Assembly: GCA_044359535.1 (NCBI GenBank)
Contig: JBIKLZ010000001.1
Span: forward strand, 94,855-158,854
Direction: 5' to 3'
Source of the DNA: Chlamydiia bacterium
Lineage (GTDB): Bacteria > Chlamydiota > Chlamydiia > Chlamydiales > 2-12-FULL-49-11
DNA length: 64,000 nt
In this document: positions 45,655 to 56,639 of the stretch, one piece after another
Layout: every line of letters starts with the position of its first letter
Numbering within the stretch: the first letter of the stretch is position 1
The notes under the pieces: generated by a model
The model's input: the letters and a program-made list of their open reading frames with translations, nothing else
Told to the model about the DNA's origin: nothing
Databases searched by the model: none
Program-made: the position numbers and the translations under genes

Positions 45655-46755
45655 TTAGCTTGAAGTGTAGAACAAGATCACATCATCTTCTTTAACTATA
45701 TAATCCTTCCCTTCCATTTTAGCAACCCCTGCCTTTTTAGCATCTGCACGATTTTTATACAAAAGCATATCTTTAAAAGAGATCACTTCAGCTCTAATAA
45801 ACCCTTTTTGTAGGTCGCTATGAATTTTTCCGGCAGCAACAGGGGCCTTTGATCCTTTAGCAATTGTCCATGCTCGAGTTTCCTTTTCTCCTGTTGTGTA
45901 ATAGGTGATAAGACCTAATTGTTTAAAGGCGGTTTGAATAAGTTTTGTGAGCCCTTTTTCAGCAATCCCTAAAGAGGCTAGGTACTCTAAAGCATCCTCA
46001 TCGGGCAATCCTGCGATTTCTTGCTCAATTTTTGCTGAAATTGTAACCATTGTGGCATTGGTTTTGTCAGCAAATTCTTGAAGAGCTTTTGAATAGCTAT
46101 TTTCTCCTGCTTGGATATCTTTTTCATCAATATTTGCAACATAGATCATTTTTTTAAGGGTAAGAAAGGGGAAGATCTTGAGCTCTTCGAGCTCTTCATA
46201 GGAAAGATCAAGAGATCGAAGGGGTTTTTCTAAATAAAGATGCTGAATCACTTTTTCAAGGATTTCAATAGATTTTGGCCTTTCTTTTTGAGATCTATAT
46301 TTTTTAAGGAGCTTTTCTTTTGAATTTTCTGCCATTTGAAGATCTGCAAGAATAAGCTCTAAATTGATTGTTTCAGCATCGGCTATTGGATCGACTTTCC
46401 CATCAACATGAGTGACATTGATATCATCAAAGCACCTGACAACGTGAATGATCAAATCTGTTTCACGAATATTGGATAAAAATTTATTTCCAAGGCCAGC
46501 GCCTTGAGAGGCTCCTTTTACAAGACCTGCAATATCGATAAAAGTGATGGTAGCATAGACACACTTTTCGCTTTTAGATAGATCAGAAAGCATTTTAATA
46601 TGGGGATCTGGAACATCAACGATCCCTGTGTTGGGTTCAATTGTGCAAAAAGGGAAGTTATTTGCGGCAATCATCATTTTTGTAAGGGCATTAAAAAGGG
46701 TGGATTTGCCTATATTTGGAAGACCTACTATTCCACAGGATAGATGGGTTGACAT
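45655..46755 (-). CDS. ychF: Redox-regulated ATPase YchF
   Basis: GIVGLPNIGKSTLFN, NFPFCTIEPN, DIAGLVKGA, AGKIHSD, EGKDYIV. Confidence 0.96.
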   Translation of the reverse strand: MSTHLSCGIVGLPNIGKSTLFNALTKMMIAANNFPFCTIEPNTGIVDVPDPHIKMLSDLSKSEKCVYATITFIDIAGLVKGASQGAGLGNKFLSNIRETDLIIHVVRCFDDINVTHVDGKVDPIADAETINLELILADLQMAENSKEKLLKKYRSQKERPKSIEILEKVIQHLYLEKPLRSLDLSYEELEELKIFPFLTLKKMIYVANIDEKDIQAGENSYSKALQEFADKTNATMVTISAKIEQEIAGLPDEDALEYLASLGIAEKGLTKLIQTAFKQLGLITYYTTGEKETRAWTIAKGSKAPVAAGKIHSDLQKGFIRAEVISFKDMLLYKNRADAKKAGVAKMEGKDYIVKEDDVILFYTSS

Positions 46756-46759
46756 AATT

Positions 46760-47476
46760 TTACTCCATTGTGTTTAAAAATGTGATGATCGAAGGGTTTT
46801 TTGGTTCAAAGGGGTTGCCTTCCTCTAAGGTAAGGAATTGTTCAGAAAATGAGGTTTTTCCTTCTTCATGGACTCTTACACGATAGGTTCCAGCCTTTAT
46901 TTGTCCTGATTGGATTTTTGAAAGAGAGACTTTTCTTCCAAGGAGCTCTTCAGCAGCGATTAAATTGCCCTCTTTTAAAAAGGAACGAATCAATGAGCTT
47001 GAAATAATTTTTCCTTGATGAGTCAATTTTGGAATAGAGTGGACTGAAAAATGGGCTTTTTTCCCAAATGAGGAAAGAGCTTGAGGTGTCCCTTTACGGT
47101 CTTTACCTAAAGCATCATTTTCTCCAATATAGAGGTGGTTAAAATCAAGAGCTTGATGAAGTGAAGACAAAAACATTTGATAGGTCATTTCAGCGATTTC
47201 TCTTGAAAAAGGGATCAGAATTAATAGGTCGATATTTTCTTTTAAGATGAGCTCCATTTTTTCCTTTTCGTTGGTTAAAAGGGGGAAGGAGTGCTCATTT
47301 CTCAAAAGCTCTGCAGGATGATTTGTAAAGGTTAAAACCACAGAAGATCCATGATATTCTTTTAGTTTTTGGAACAAATGTTTATGACCTAAATGAACCC
47401 CATCAAAGACACCAATAGTTAAAGATATGGGTTTTTTAAGGGGGGGAAGATGGGCTAAAGAGTGGGTCACTTTCAT
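46760..47476 (-). CDS. ribF: FAD synthetase (FMN adenylyltransferase domain; kinase domain absent or degenerate)
   Basis: TIGVFDGVHLGH, TFTNHP, ISSSLIR, LLGR; only 238 aa, no PTAN motif. Confidence 0.85.
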   Translation of the reverse strand: MKVTHSLAHLPPLKKPISLTIGVFDGVHLGHKHLFQKLKEYHGSSVVLTFTNHPAELLRNEHSFPLLTNEKEKMELILKENIDLLILIPFSREIAEMTYQMFLSSLHQALDFNHLYIGENDALGKDRKGTPQALSSFGKKAHFSVHSIPKLTHQGKIISSSLIRSFLKEGNLIAAEELLGRKVSLSKIQSGQIKAGTYRVRVHEEGKTSFSEQFLTLEEGNPFEPKNPSIITFLNTME

Positions 47477-48147
47477 AGATTTTGTATTAAAAGGGGGCTA
47501 TCTGGATTATTTTCAAGATCATCAATAAGGCTACATTGCTCAATTGAAAAGCCGCCAGAGGCTGTCCTTCGAAGTTCTTCTATACACCCATAACAAGAAA
47601 GAAACAGCCCTAAATCATGGGCAATGGATCGAATATAGGTTCCTGAAGAGCACACAACATCTATCCGAACTCTTGGATAATCATATGAAAGAAGGGTTGT
47701 TTTTAATGTGACCTGCTTTGGTTTTCTTTCAATTTCGATCCCTTTGCGAGCAAGGGTATAGAGTTTTTTTCCTTGGACTTTTTTGGCACTAAACATTGGT
47801 GGGATTTGTTCAACATCTCCATTAAATTTTTTTATCGCCTCTTGAACCTCTTCAAGAGTGGGTCTATAATCTGAAGTGGCAATAATTTCTCCATCAACGT
47901 CATAGGAATCGCGTTCTTGACCAAGAAGAAGGGTTGCAAGATACCGCTTTTGGTGCATTAAATAGGAATCAGCTGTTTTTGTATATTTTTTTCCAATCAA
48001 ATAAACCATTAAACCGGTGGCTAAAGGATCTAAAGTCCCTCCATGTCCAATTTTCTTTTCCTTAAATAAAAATCTTAATTTGGGAATTAAAGAAAAGGAG
48101 GTGACACCTTTTGGTTTATCTAGGAGTAAAATACCTTCTTTACTCAT
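47473..48147 (-). CDS. truB: tRNA pseudouridine(55) synthase
   Basis: GILLLDKP.G.TS, KIGHGGTLDPLATG, QIPPMFSAKK, CSSGTYIRS. The track's N-terminal extension is the off-frame reading of the rbfA tail. Confidence 0.95.
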   Translation of the reverse strand: MSKEGILLLDKPKGVTSFSLIPKLRFLFKEKKIGHGGTLDPLATGLMVYLIGKKYTKTADSYLMHQKRYLATLLLGQERDSYDVDGEIIATSDYRPTLEEVQEAIKKFNGDVEQIPPMFSAKKVQGKKLYTLARKGIEIERKPKQVTLKTTLLSYDYPRVRIDVVCSSGTYIRSIAHDLGLFLSCYGCIEELRRTASGGFSIEQCSLIDDLENNPDSPLLIQNL

Positions 48148-48766
48148 CATCGTCGTCATCAAAATCGTCTTCGTCTTCAAACTCTTCATCGTCAAAGTCA
48201 TCATCGTCTTCGTCGTAATAGTCGTCATCTTCATAGTCGTGATCGTCATCATCATCGTCTTCAAAGTCGTCATCGTCTTCAAAGTCTTCATCGTCATCAT
48301 CTTCAAAGTCGTCATCGTCGTCAAAGTCGTCATCGTCGTCAAAGTCTTCATCACTGTCAGCAAAATGCCCTTTAAGGAGCGTTGAGTTTTCTTCAAAATC
48401 CTCTTCTTTAATAGAAGATTTGCTCACTTGAGCTAATATAGTATCAATATTCATATAATCATCCAAAGTTTTATCTAGTTTAAAAATTAAGTTGGGGAAA
48501 TATCTCATCGCCACCTTTTTTGAAGACATTCTAGCAATGACAGAGGAGCATTTTTGAAGCTCTTCTACTAAAAGGTCTTTTTCATCTTTATTTCCATTAA
48601 TCAAGCTTACAAACACTTTAGCATGTTGTAAATCTTTAGAGGTAGAGACATCTGTGATTGTTAAAAGATCTGGAATATTATAATTTTTTAGATCCAAACG
48701 TATGACATCTGAAATGACCTCTTTTAAAAGGGAGTTAATGCGTTCAATTCTTCTTGGTGCGGCCAT
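48140..48766 (-). CDS. rbfA: Ribosome-binding factor A with long acidic C-terminal tail
   Basis: RRIERINSLLKEVIS, TITDV..SKDLQHAKVFVS, MRYFPNLIF; located between infB and truB. Confidence 0.93.
   Translation of the reverse strand: MAAPRRIERINSLLKEVISDVIRLDLKNYNIPDLLTITDVSTSKDLQHAKVFVSLINGNKDEKDLLVEELQKCSSVIARMSSKKVAMRYFPNLIFKLDKTLDDYMNIDTILAQVSKSSIKEEDFEENSTLLKGHFADSDEDFDDDDDFDDDDDFEDDDDEDFEDDDDFEDDDDDDHDYEDDDYYDEDDDDFDDEEFEDEDDFDDDDDE
48143..48358 (-). repeat. Low-complexity Asp/Glu-Phe repeat (about 18-nt period) in rbfA
   Basis: Recurring gactttga(c/a)gacgatgac-type units coding DF(D/E)DDD. Confidence 0.9.
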
Positions 48767-48768
48767 AT

Positions 48769-51369
48769 TTATAACTCCTGCTCTAGATAAGAAATTTCAT
48801 ACCCTTCGATTTCATCTCCAGGTTTAAAATCATTAAATCCTGTAAGGAGAATCCCACATTCGGTATCCTTTTTAACCTCTTTTACATCATCATGCATCCG
48901 TTTAAGAGAGCTGATAGGTCCCTCATAAAGGGTTTTTCCATCTCTTTTAAGTCTAGCTAAATAGCTTCTTTTAAAGACACCATGAGTAATGATTGACCCA
49001 GCAATATTTCCCAGTTTTGAAGAGGTAAAGATGGTTGTGACTTTAGCAGTGGCCACATGTTCTTCGTGACGTACTTTATCAAGGAGTTTTTGCATTTCGG
49101 CTTTGACCTCATCAATCATATGATAGATGATATCATGTAGGATAATTTTTACCTTTTTCTGCTTGACCATCCCTTCGGCATGTTTTTCTACTTTTGTATG
49201 AAAACCTAAGATAATGGAGTTAGAGGCATGGGCTAAATCAATATCTGATTCAGAAATTTGCCCTACTTCATATTGAACAAAATGGATGATCACTTTGCTT
49301 GTATCAATTTTCATTAAAGAATCTTTTAAAGCTTCTAATGAGCCACCTACATCTGCTTTGATAATGACGTTTAATGTCTTTTTGGACATGTTTTCGACCC
49401 TTTGATCAAGCATTGATTGAGCGCCACGTGCTTTAACTTTCTTTAATTGAATTTGTCTGTGCATACTCTTTCTTTGAGAAACAATATCTTTAGCTTCCTT
49501 TTCGCTTCCAACAACGATAAACTCATTTCCAGCAGGGGGGACACCTGAGAGCCCAGTCACTTTAACCGGAGTTGAAGGGGGGGCTTGAGTGATGATTTTT
49601 CCAAACTCATTTTGCATGGTTTTTGTTTTTCCCCACTCATGTTCAAAAACAACAGCATCGCCTGTTTTTAAAGTTCCATTAAGGACAAGCAGTGTTGCTG
49701 TAACCCCTAAACCTTGATGAAGTTCTGATTCTAAAACCATCCCTCGAGCACGCGCATTTGGATTGGACCTAAGTTCTAAAACATCGGTTTGAAGAGCAAT
49801 CATTTCTGCAAGCTCAGCGATCCCTTCTTTTGTTTTAGCAGAGCAATTGACAGTGATGACATCGCCCCCCCAAGCTTCAGGAAGAAGGTTATGATCGGCA
49901 AGCTGTTTATAAATATTTTCGGCATTAAATCCAGATTTATCCATTTTATTGATCGCAACAAGAATTGGAACCCCTGCTTCTTTAGCTTTATTTATTGCCT
50001 CTTCAGTTTGGGTTTTAATCCCTTCATCTCCAGCAATCACTAAAACAATGATATCTGTAATTGTGGCCCCTCGTGAACGGATGGCAGTAAATGCTTCGTG
50101 ACCTGGGGTGTCGATGACTGAAAAACTTCCATGATCTGTGTTGCAAACAAAGGCACCAATATGTTGAGTGATTGCTCCAGCTTCACCACTTGTAAGAGAG
50201 GAATTTCTAAAGGCATCAATAATACTTGTTTTACCATGATCGACATGGCCCATTACAGTGACAATAGGAGGTCTTTTAGCTAGATTTTCGTGATCGGTCC
50301 CTTTTATCTCTTCTTTAAGGGTTTTATCAGTAATTTGAAGCTTATCCTCTAGTACTCGATCGATTTTAATCTGACAATCAAATTCATTTCCAATAAGCTC
50401 AATAGTCACCTCATCTTCTAAAATGTCATTGATAGTGATAGGGTAACCGGCTAAAAAGAGCTTTTGAATCACTTCGCTAGCTTTAATTTTTAATTCACTA
50501 GCAAGTTCTTTTACTGTGATAGGGATTTTCACACTGATACTTTTTGGTCTAACAATATTTTCAGAAGAAATCACTGTTTTACTTTTTTTATCTTTTCTTC
50601 GTTTCCAATTTTCTTCAGTAGAAAGTGTGGAACGGCTGTCAAAAACCCTGCTAAAAGCTTGCCTTTTGTAGCTATCCATCCCTTTTTTCTTTTTATCCTC
50701 AACCTTCTTTTCTTCGATTTTCTTTTCATCAACTTTCTTTTCACGAGAGGGGAAAATAGGTTTTGCAGGAGGGATCTCTCCTAGTTTTGGAATTTTAGAA
50801 GGCTCCCTTTTTTCAAAAGGGGCTTTTTTTGCTGGAAAAGATTTTTCTTGGGAGGAAGGGGTGCTACGGATCATAGCAGGACGTTTATACTTATCTTGTG
50901 GAAGTAAGCGACGCTCTTCAATAGGTTTTAACATCTCTTTTCTTCGAAGCTCTTCTGGGGATAAAGATTGAGCTTTTTCTTCGATCTTCTCCTCTTTAAG
51001 AGTCTCTTCAAGATCTTCCTTTACAGGGAGAATTTCAGGAACTTCTTCAACAGCAATTGTATTTTCTAGTTCTTGAGTTGTAGCATTTTCTAAAACCTCT
51101 TGATCTAAATCATCTGAAATAATTTCCTCAAAAAGTTCTTGCTTTTCCATCGTCTCTTCGACTTTTTCAGAAGCTTGAAAAGTAGGTCCCGCTGTTGCCT
51201 TGCGAAGAATTTTTTTCTTTTCTTCGGCAGGGGCATGTGAAGGGATGCTTGTGCTTTGTTCTCCCCCTTTTTTAGGTTCAGAAGAAATTTCCTTAGCCTT
51301 AGCATCTTTCTGCTTTAACATAGCAGCAAGTTGAGAGTTTTTAACTTTAATATTGAAGTTTTTTGCCAA
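48769..51369 (-). CDS. infB: Translation initiation factor IF-2
   Basis: [47 protein letters not shown] start. Confidence 0.97.
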   Translation of the reverse strand: MAKNFNIKVKNSQLAAMLKQKDAKAKEISSEPKKGGEQSTSIPSHAPAEEKKKILRKATAGPTFQASEKVEETMEKQELFEEIISDDLDQEVLENATTQELENTIAVEEVPEILPVKEDLEETLKEEKIEEKAQSLSPEELRRKEMLKPIEERRLLPQDKYKRPAMIRSTPSSQEKSFPAKKAPFEKREPSKIPKLGEIPPAKPIFPSREKKVDEKKIEEKKVEDKKKKGMDSYKRQAFSRVFDSRSTLSTEENWKRRKDKKSKTVISSENIVRPKSISVKIPITVKELASELKIKASEVIQKLFLAGYPITINDILEDEVTIELIGNEFDCQIKIDRVLEDKLQITDKTLKEEIKGTDHENLAKRPPIVTVMGHVDHGKTSIIDAFRNSSLTSGEAGAITQHIGAFVCNTDHGSFSVIDTPGHEAFTAIRSRGATITDIIVLVIAGDEGIKTQTEEAINKAKEAGVPILVAINKMDKSGFNAENIYKQLADHNLLPEAWGGDVITVNCSAKTKEGIAELAEMIALQTDVLELRSNPNARARGMVLESELHQGLGVTATLLVLNGTLKTGDAVVFEHEWGKTKTMQNEFGKIITQAPPSTPVKVTGLSGVPPAGNEFIVVGSEKEAKDIVSQRKSMHRQIQLKKVKARGAQSMLDQRVENMSKKTLNVIIKADVGGSLEALKDSLMKIDTSKVIIHFVQYEVGQISESDIDLAHASNSIILGFHTKVEKHAEGMVKQKKVKIILHDIIYHMIDEVKAEMQKLLDKVRHEEHVATAKVTTIFTSSKLGNIAGSIITHGVFKRSYLARLKRDGKTLYEGPISSLKRMHDDVKEVKKDTECGILLTGFNDFKPGDEIEGYEISYLEQEL

Positions 51370-51373
51370 TCTA

Positions 51374-52666
51374 TTATGTTCCTTGCGTTTCCTTCATGAT
51401 CCATTTTCTCACTTGTTCAGAGATATTTTCGGCCATATCAAGGCCAATATCTGAGGTGGTGGATAGATCTAAGGGGGTTGTCTCTAATATTTTTCTTGGG
51501 GTGTTAAATCCGGAGGAAATCACATTTTCAAGAATAAGTGAATTGATGCCCTCAAGGGATTTAAGGGGCTCATCAAGTATTGAATGATCCAAAAGGGATA
51601 ATTGTTTTTTCTCAAGGCTCATCTGTTTTTGATACTCTGATTTTTTATGAAAATCAATTTTCATCCCAACAAGCTCACTTGTAAGTCGAGCATTGCTTCC
51701 ATGTTTACCTAAAACAATTGGATAGTCTTCATCATTAACAATAAGCATTACTTTATTTTCCTCTTCAAAAAACTCTGCCTGTTTAATTTCGCAAGGGGAA
51801 AGAGCATTTTTCAAAAGTATGAATGGGTCTTCAGAGTAGGGGAGGATATCAATTTTTTCCCCTAAAGTCTCGCGGATAATATTTTTTACACGAGCTCCAC
51901 GCATTCCAACACAACTTCCTACTGGATCGACTTTATCATTTGTAGAAGAAACTGCCATTTTAGTGCGGTATCCAGCATCCCTTACAATTTTTTTAATTTC
52001 AATAACCCCATCATTGATTTCAGGGACTTCAGAGGCAAAAAGTTGAGCAATAAATTCAGGATGAGATCTAGATAGGATAATTTCTGCACCGCCATTGTCT
52101 GTGGTTTGCACATCATAAAGAAGGGTTAAAATACGATCATCGATGTGATATTTTTCCCCTTTAGGATAGTATCGACCTGGAAGAATGGCTTCAACTTTTC
52201 CTAAATCGATAACAAGAGTATGGCCTTTTGTGATCCTGCGTACAGTTCCGGTAATAAGATCTCCAATTCGATCCCTATATTCATCATAGATGACCTCTTT
52301 TTCTGCACCACGAATTTTTTGAGAAATCATCTGTCTTGCAACATTTGCGGCAATTCTTCCAAAGGATTCTGGTTCAATTTCAATCTCTAACCACTGTCCC
52401 TCTACACAGTCTGGATCAATTTGGCGAGCCTCTTCCAATGAGATCTCTTCTGCAGGATAAAGTACTTTTTCAACAATTTCCTTTTCAGTCATTGCAAGGA
52501 TGTCCCCTGTCTTTTTATTTACCTGGACAGAGATATTTGTCATCCCACGTCCACCTTTTCTTGCAGCTGTAACAAGGGCTTCTTCGATTGCATGTACAAC
52601 AACATCTCTGCTAATACCTTTTTCTCTTTCTAGATATTCAAATATGGCAATTAGATCTTTATTCAT
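51374..52666 (-). CDS. nusA: Transcription termination/antitermination factor NusA
   Basis: MNKDL..FEYLEREKGI, FGRIAA, LSRSHPEF, RDAGYRTK, DPVGSCVGMRGARV; GAGGA RBS before 52666. Confidence 0.96.
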   Translation of the reverse strand: MNKDLIAIFEYLEREKGISRDVVVHAIEEALVTAARKGGRGMTNISVQVNKKTGDILAMTEKEIVEKVLYPAEEISLEEARQIDPDCVEGQWLEIEIEPESFGRIAANVARQMISQKIRGAEKEVIYDEYRDRIGDLITGTVRRITKGHTLVIDLGKVEAILPGRYYPKGEKYHIDDRILTLLYDVQTTDNGGAEIILSRSHPEFIAQLFASEVPEINDGVIEIKKIVRDAGYRTKMAVSSTNDKVDPVGSCVGMRGARVKNIIRETLGEKIDILPYSEDPFILLKNALSPCEIKQAEFFEEENKVMLIVNDEDYPIVLGKHGSNARLTSELVGMKIDFHKKSEYQKQMSLEKKQLSLLDHSILDEPLKSLEGINSLILENVISSGFNTPRKILETTPLDLSTTSDIGLDMAENISEQVRKWIMKETQGT

Positions 52667-52705
52667 TTCTTCCTCAACAATTAGGGTCAGGTTCTTTATT
52701 ATATG

Positions 52706-52740
52706 TACTAAGCTAGATCCCATCAGGACCTAGCCTAGCA
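52706..52740 (-). promoter_or_regulatory. 15-bp stem-loop in the rpsA-nusA intergenic region (no U-tract)
   Basis: Minus strand tgctaggctaggtcc-tgatg-ggatctagcttagta, with three G-U pairs. Confidence 0.5.
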
Positions 52741-52769
52741 TAGGGTTTTTAAGCCGAAGATTGCTCTTT

Positions 52770-54485
52770 TTACTCTTCATCATGAGATGCCCCAATGACT
52801 ATGTCATCGGCATCTCTGTTATTTATTTTAACTAAATGTTCTTTAATAGATAAAGAAATTCTTTTGTGTTCTCTGTCTATTTTTAAAACTTTAGCACTCA
52901 CTTTGCTCCCTACTGATACAATATCTTCTACCTTCCCAAAAGACTGATCAGAAAGTTCAGTGACGTGAACTAGACCTTCAATACCATTATCTAGCTCTAC
53001 AAAAGCTCCAAAGGCAGTGATTTTTGTTACAATCCCTGATACTGTATCCCCAATAGTGATGGTTTTTTCAATATCATCCCACGGATTTGACGAAAGTTGC
53101 TTAACACCTAATGTGATTTTTTTACTTTCTTTATCCACTGAAAGGATAATTGCATCGACAACATCCCCTTTTTTCAACACTTCAGATGGGTGAGAGACTT
53201 TTTTAATCCAGCTTAAATCAGAGATGTGAATAAGTCCATCCACCCCTGGCTCTAATTCAACAAACGCTCCGTAGTTAGTCAGATTTCTAATTTCAACAGA
53301 AACTTGTTTTCCTACAGGGTATCTATCCTCTACATCTTCCCATGGATTTTTTTCTAATTGTTTTAATCCAAGAGAAATTTTTCCCTCTTCTTTTTGAATA
53401 GAAAGGACAATGGCTTCTACATGATCTCCTTTATTAAGGATTTGACTTGGATCTGTCACATTTTTCACCCATGACATTTCTGAAACGTGGATAAGACCTT
53501 CAATGCCATCTTCAATTTCGATGAAAGCTCCATAGGCAACTAAGTTAACAATAGTCCCTTTAACATGAGTTCCTGGAGGGAATTTTTGCTCGATAGCGTC
53601 CCAAGGGTTTTCATCTTTTTGTTTTAGACCCAAAGCTACACGCCCTTTTTCTTCATCAATACTTAAAATGATCACTTCAAGTTCATCCCCTAAAGCGACA
53701 AGCTCAGAAGGGTGCTTAATTCTCTTCCAAGTCATGTCTGTAATGTGAAGAAGTCCATCAATTCCATTTAAATCTAAAAAGACCCCAAAGTCAGTGATGT
53801 TTTTTACAATACCCTTACAACGATCGCCAACGTGAATATGCTCTAAAAGCTCAGTTTTTTTACACACTCTTTCATCTTCTAAAATTTCTCTTCGTGAAAC
53901 AACAATGTTTTTTCTATCAAGATTGATTTTTAAAATCTTAAGTTCATATGATTTTCCAATGTACTCATCTAAAGATTTGATGCGCTTATTGTCAATTTGT
54001 GAACCTGGAAGGAAGGCGTCCATTCCTCCAATATCTACAATGAGTCCACCCTTGACTTTTCGAGTGATAAACCCTTCAATGATAGAGCCTTCTTCAAAAT
54101 TGTGTTGAATGTAATCCCAACGACGGAGTTTTCTTGCTTTTTCTCTTGAAAGGATGATTTGGCCGTGAGCGCTTTCTGTAGAGTCAAGTAAGACCTCTAT
54201 TTTGTTGCCTAGGATAATTTCATCAACTGATCCAAATTCAGCTACAGGAATCAAACCTTCAGATTTTAAACCCACATCTACAACAACAAAACCTTTAGTG
54301 ATTTCAACAATCGTTCCTGTTAAAAGTTCACCGGGGATAAGGCGAGTTGTAGATCCAGAGTCAATTAAAGACCCTTTTTGAGTAAGAAGTTTTTTGAATT
54401 CTTCCATATCTTTGGTGTCGTAGTTTTCTTTTACGATGATTTTGCTTTCATCTTCTAACCACTTAGTTGTTTGTTGATTTGACAT
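52770..54485 (-). CDS. rpsA: 30S ribosomal protein S1
   Basis: Six S1 repeats ([38 protein letters not shown]...G.GL.H). Confidence 0.97.
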   Translation of the reverse strand: MSNQQTTKWLEDESKIIVKENYDTKDMEEFKKLLTQKGSLIDSGSTTRLIPGELLTGTIVEITKGFVVVDVGLKSEGLIPVAEFGSVDEIILGNKIEVLLDSTESAHGQIILSREKARKLRRWDYIQHNFEEGSIIEGFITRKVKGGLIVDIGGMDAFLPGSQIDNKRIKSLDEYIGKSYELKILKINLDRKNIVVSRREILEDERVCKKTELLEHIHVGDRCKGIVKNITDFGVFLDLNGIDGLLHITDMTWKRIKHPSELVALGDELEVIILSIDEEKGRVALGLKQKDENPWDAIEQKFPPGTHVKGTIVNLVAYGAFIEIEDGIEGLIHVSEMSWVKNVTDPSQILNKGDHVEAIVLSIQKEEGKISLGLKQLEKNPWEDVEDRYPVGKQVSVEIRNLTNYGAFVELEPGVDGLIHISDLSWIKKVSHPSEVLKKGDVVDAIILSVDKESKKITLGVKQLSSNPWDDIEKTITIGDTVSGIVTKITAFGAFVELDNGIEGLVHVTELSDQSFGKVEDIVSVGSKVSAKVLKIDREHKRISLSIKEHLVKINNRDADDIVIGASHDEE

Positions 54486-54644
54486 GTTGCTTGTTTCTCC
54501 TAGTTTTTTGACTTGCCAAAGACAATAACAACTTTATCTAATAAAGGCAATAGCTTTGGTAAGAGAATCGAAAAATTGAGTTTTTATATCAAAAAATTTA
54601 TGTGAATTTGTGAAAGAACTCTTTTTAAAAAAATGTTTAATTAA

Positions 54645-54684
54645 AAACACACTCAAAAATATAGACTTATTTTTGAGTGTGTTT
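54645..54684 (-). terminator. 17-bp perfect inverted repeat downstream of the 580-aa gene
   Basis: aaacacactcaaaaata-tagact-tatttttgagtgtgttt. Confidence 0.7.
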
Positions 54685-54711
54685 AAGAAAATGGCTCTTT
54701 TCTATGTAGGG

Positions 54712-56454
54712 TTAATGATTTCCTAGTGGGTAGGTGTCAAAATTCCACATTTGAGCGTTTGGATCTTGAACTAAAATTCTTACAAATCTAGTTTCAGCTG
54801 AAACAGGGATGTTTACTTTATGAACTAAAGTTTCATCGCCCTCAGGAATGTGAAAATCGATGCTATGCTCCCAATTTTTTTGATTGGATAAAGCATCTAA
54901 AGATCCTGAGCACACAGTAACAGTCGAGGCAAGGGGAGTGTGAGTTTGAAATTCAACGCTTAAGACATTGTCAACACTTTTACTTGCAGCAACAATTTGA
55001 GGGATAAATGGCAGTTTAAAAAAACCTTGAAGTTTTGATGCGTCCATATATAAGGGGCGGTTTACAACTTCTTTCTTTGTATAAAGTTTATTTAATGCTT
55101 TAGGAAGTTTGTTTTTTAATCCACCTGTGGTTGTATAAAAGGTTTCTCCATCTTGATTTACACCTCTATTGTGGTTTGAAATTTCTTTTTTACCCATAGA
55201 AAGGGATTGATCTAAATCGGTCCAAGTCCCTTTAGAATCACAGACCCATCCTTTGTAGTTTACTTTGCGGACGCTATGATTGGATCTTTCTTTTCCTGAG
55301 CCCCCAACAACTTCTATAAAAGAGTTTGTTTTTAGCTTAGTTAAAGGTTCGGTGGAGTATTTCCTACCCACAGAGTACAGCTGCCAATTTTGAGTCACTT
55401 CATTCCAAAAATAGCCATAAAAAGTTCTGAATTTTCCATCGTTACTGTAACGAAGTCCTATTACATATTTTTTTGAAGTGTTTCCTTCAAAAAGATTCCA
55501 TTCCCTTACTTTAGTTCCATGACCCTCATGATTCCAGTAGCCAAATGTAGCATCCCCAGAGCCAATCCCGAGTAAGTGTGATTGTTTGTCAATGGGTAAT
55601 AGGCCTTCTTCATTAGATGAACTCCAAATCGACATGTTTACTGATTTTACAGTTCCCCCTGGTTCAAAAATAGGTCCAAAATAGCCAAATTCAGTTGTAC
55701 ATGGGGAGTAATGACCCAGTTCACTTTCAGATGATAATTCCATAATCCAAGCTTGGACATCATTAGGATTTTTTGAACTTCTCCAATTGGAATACGCAGC
55801 TTTAGGACGCCATCTTTCTCTTGCTACATAGGCATTTGTGATCCCCGATCCCTCAAAACGGAGAGCAAAAAGTTTAAAGTTAGGATTTTTTACATTTTTA
55901 GTAACTGTCATTTTTAAACTATGAAAGCCCTTTGAAAGAGTGGGAATATCAAAAAAGAAGGTTCCACTTTCTACCATTTCATTTGTTATTGTCATTTCAT
56001 TTGAAGGAAGATCATCTATTTGAAATGTTAAAATAGTTCCAACATCTTTAAGGGTTGCAGAAAAAATGACATCGGCATGAAGATTTCCTTCAGTTGTTGT
56101 CACAAGTCCCCAAAAGGCTTCATCCCCTTGTTGTCCAAATTTACTGATGTAGCCATATTCTACACCTTTATTTAATTCCATTGCAGGGTTTGGAACTTCT
56201 TCTTCACAAGCAAGCCTTACAATAGAACCAAAAAAGACTTCATTAGGACCTAAGTAGAGGTATTGATTGTTTGCAGGTTGCACTTTATAAAAGATTTTGT
56301 GCCCTTGTTCATCATTTCCAACATTGAGTTCTGTGATTGTAGTATATAGTTGATTTTTGTAGTCACTTTCATCATAAGCTTCAAAAGCAGTAAGTGGATA
56401 AGATGCTAAAAGACATCCTAATAACACGCTTTTAATAGATATTTTCCTTTTCAT
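54712..56454 (-). CDS. Secreted beta-rich protein, DUF3472-like
   Basis: Signal peptide MKRKISIKSVLLGCLLASYPLTA; motifs FGYFGP, NMSIWS, HEGHG, FYGYF..WQL, SFIE..G...R.V.Y.GWV.D recalled as DUF3472-like, by eye only. Confidence 0.6.
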   Translation of the reverse strand: MKRKISIKSVLLGCLLASYPLTAFEAYDESDYKNQLYTTITELNVGNDEQGHKIFYKVQPANNQYLYLGPNEVFFGSIVRLACEEEVPNPAMELNKGVEYGYISKFGQQGDEAFWGLVTTTEGNLHADVIFSATLKDVGTILTFQIDDLPSNEMTITNEMVESGTFFFDIPTLSKGFHSLKMTVTKNVKNPNFKLFALRFEGSGITNAYVARERWRPKAAYSNWRSSKNPNDVQAWIMELSSESELGHYSPCTTEFGYFGPIFEPGGTVKSVNMSIWSSSNEEGLLPIDKQSHLLGIGSGDATFGYWNHEGHGTKVREWNLFEGNTSKKYVIGLRYSNDGKFRTFYGYFWNEVTQNWQLYSVGRKYSTEPLTKLKTNSFIEVVGGSGKERSNHSVRKVNYKGWVCDSKGTWTDLDQSLSMGKKEISNHNRGVNQDGETFYTTTGGLKNKLPKALNKLYTKKEVVNRPLYMDASKLQGFFKLPFIPQIVAASKSVDNVLSVEFQTHTPLASTVTVCSGSLDALSNQKNWEHSIDFHIPEGDETLVHKVNIPVSAETRFVRILVQDPNAQMWNFDTYPLGNH

Positions 56455-56602
56455 ACTCTCTCTCTTTTTTAAATTTTAATAAATAAATGTATATCCTTTT
56501 TTTTAGGATTTACAAAAATAAATATAAAGAAGTGTGGATTTTTTACAAAGATTTTTTTTTAAAATCGGCTTGTTTGAACTTGGGCGGGGCTATTTTTTTA
56601 TA

Positions 56603-56631
56603 TTGCACACTTGCCCCTCCCTTGGTATAGT
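56603..56631 (+). promoter_or_regulatory. Sigma70/66-type promoter
   Basis: TTGCAC-17 nt-TATAGT. Confidence 0.65.
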
Positions 56632-56639
56632 CAAAAAGT

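Noticed and set aside
48017-48396. T/M/K-rich TruB extension and the V/I-rich plus-strand ORF
   Set aside because: Alternative-frame and antisense shadows of the rbfA Asp-rich repeat.
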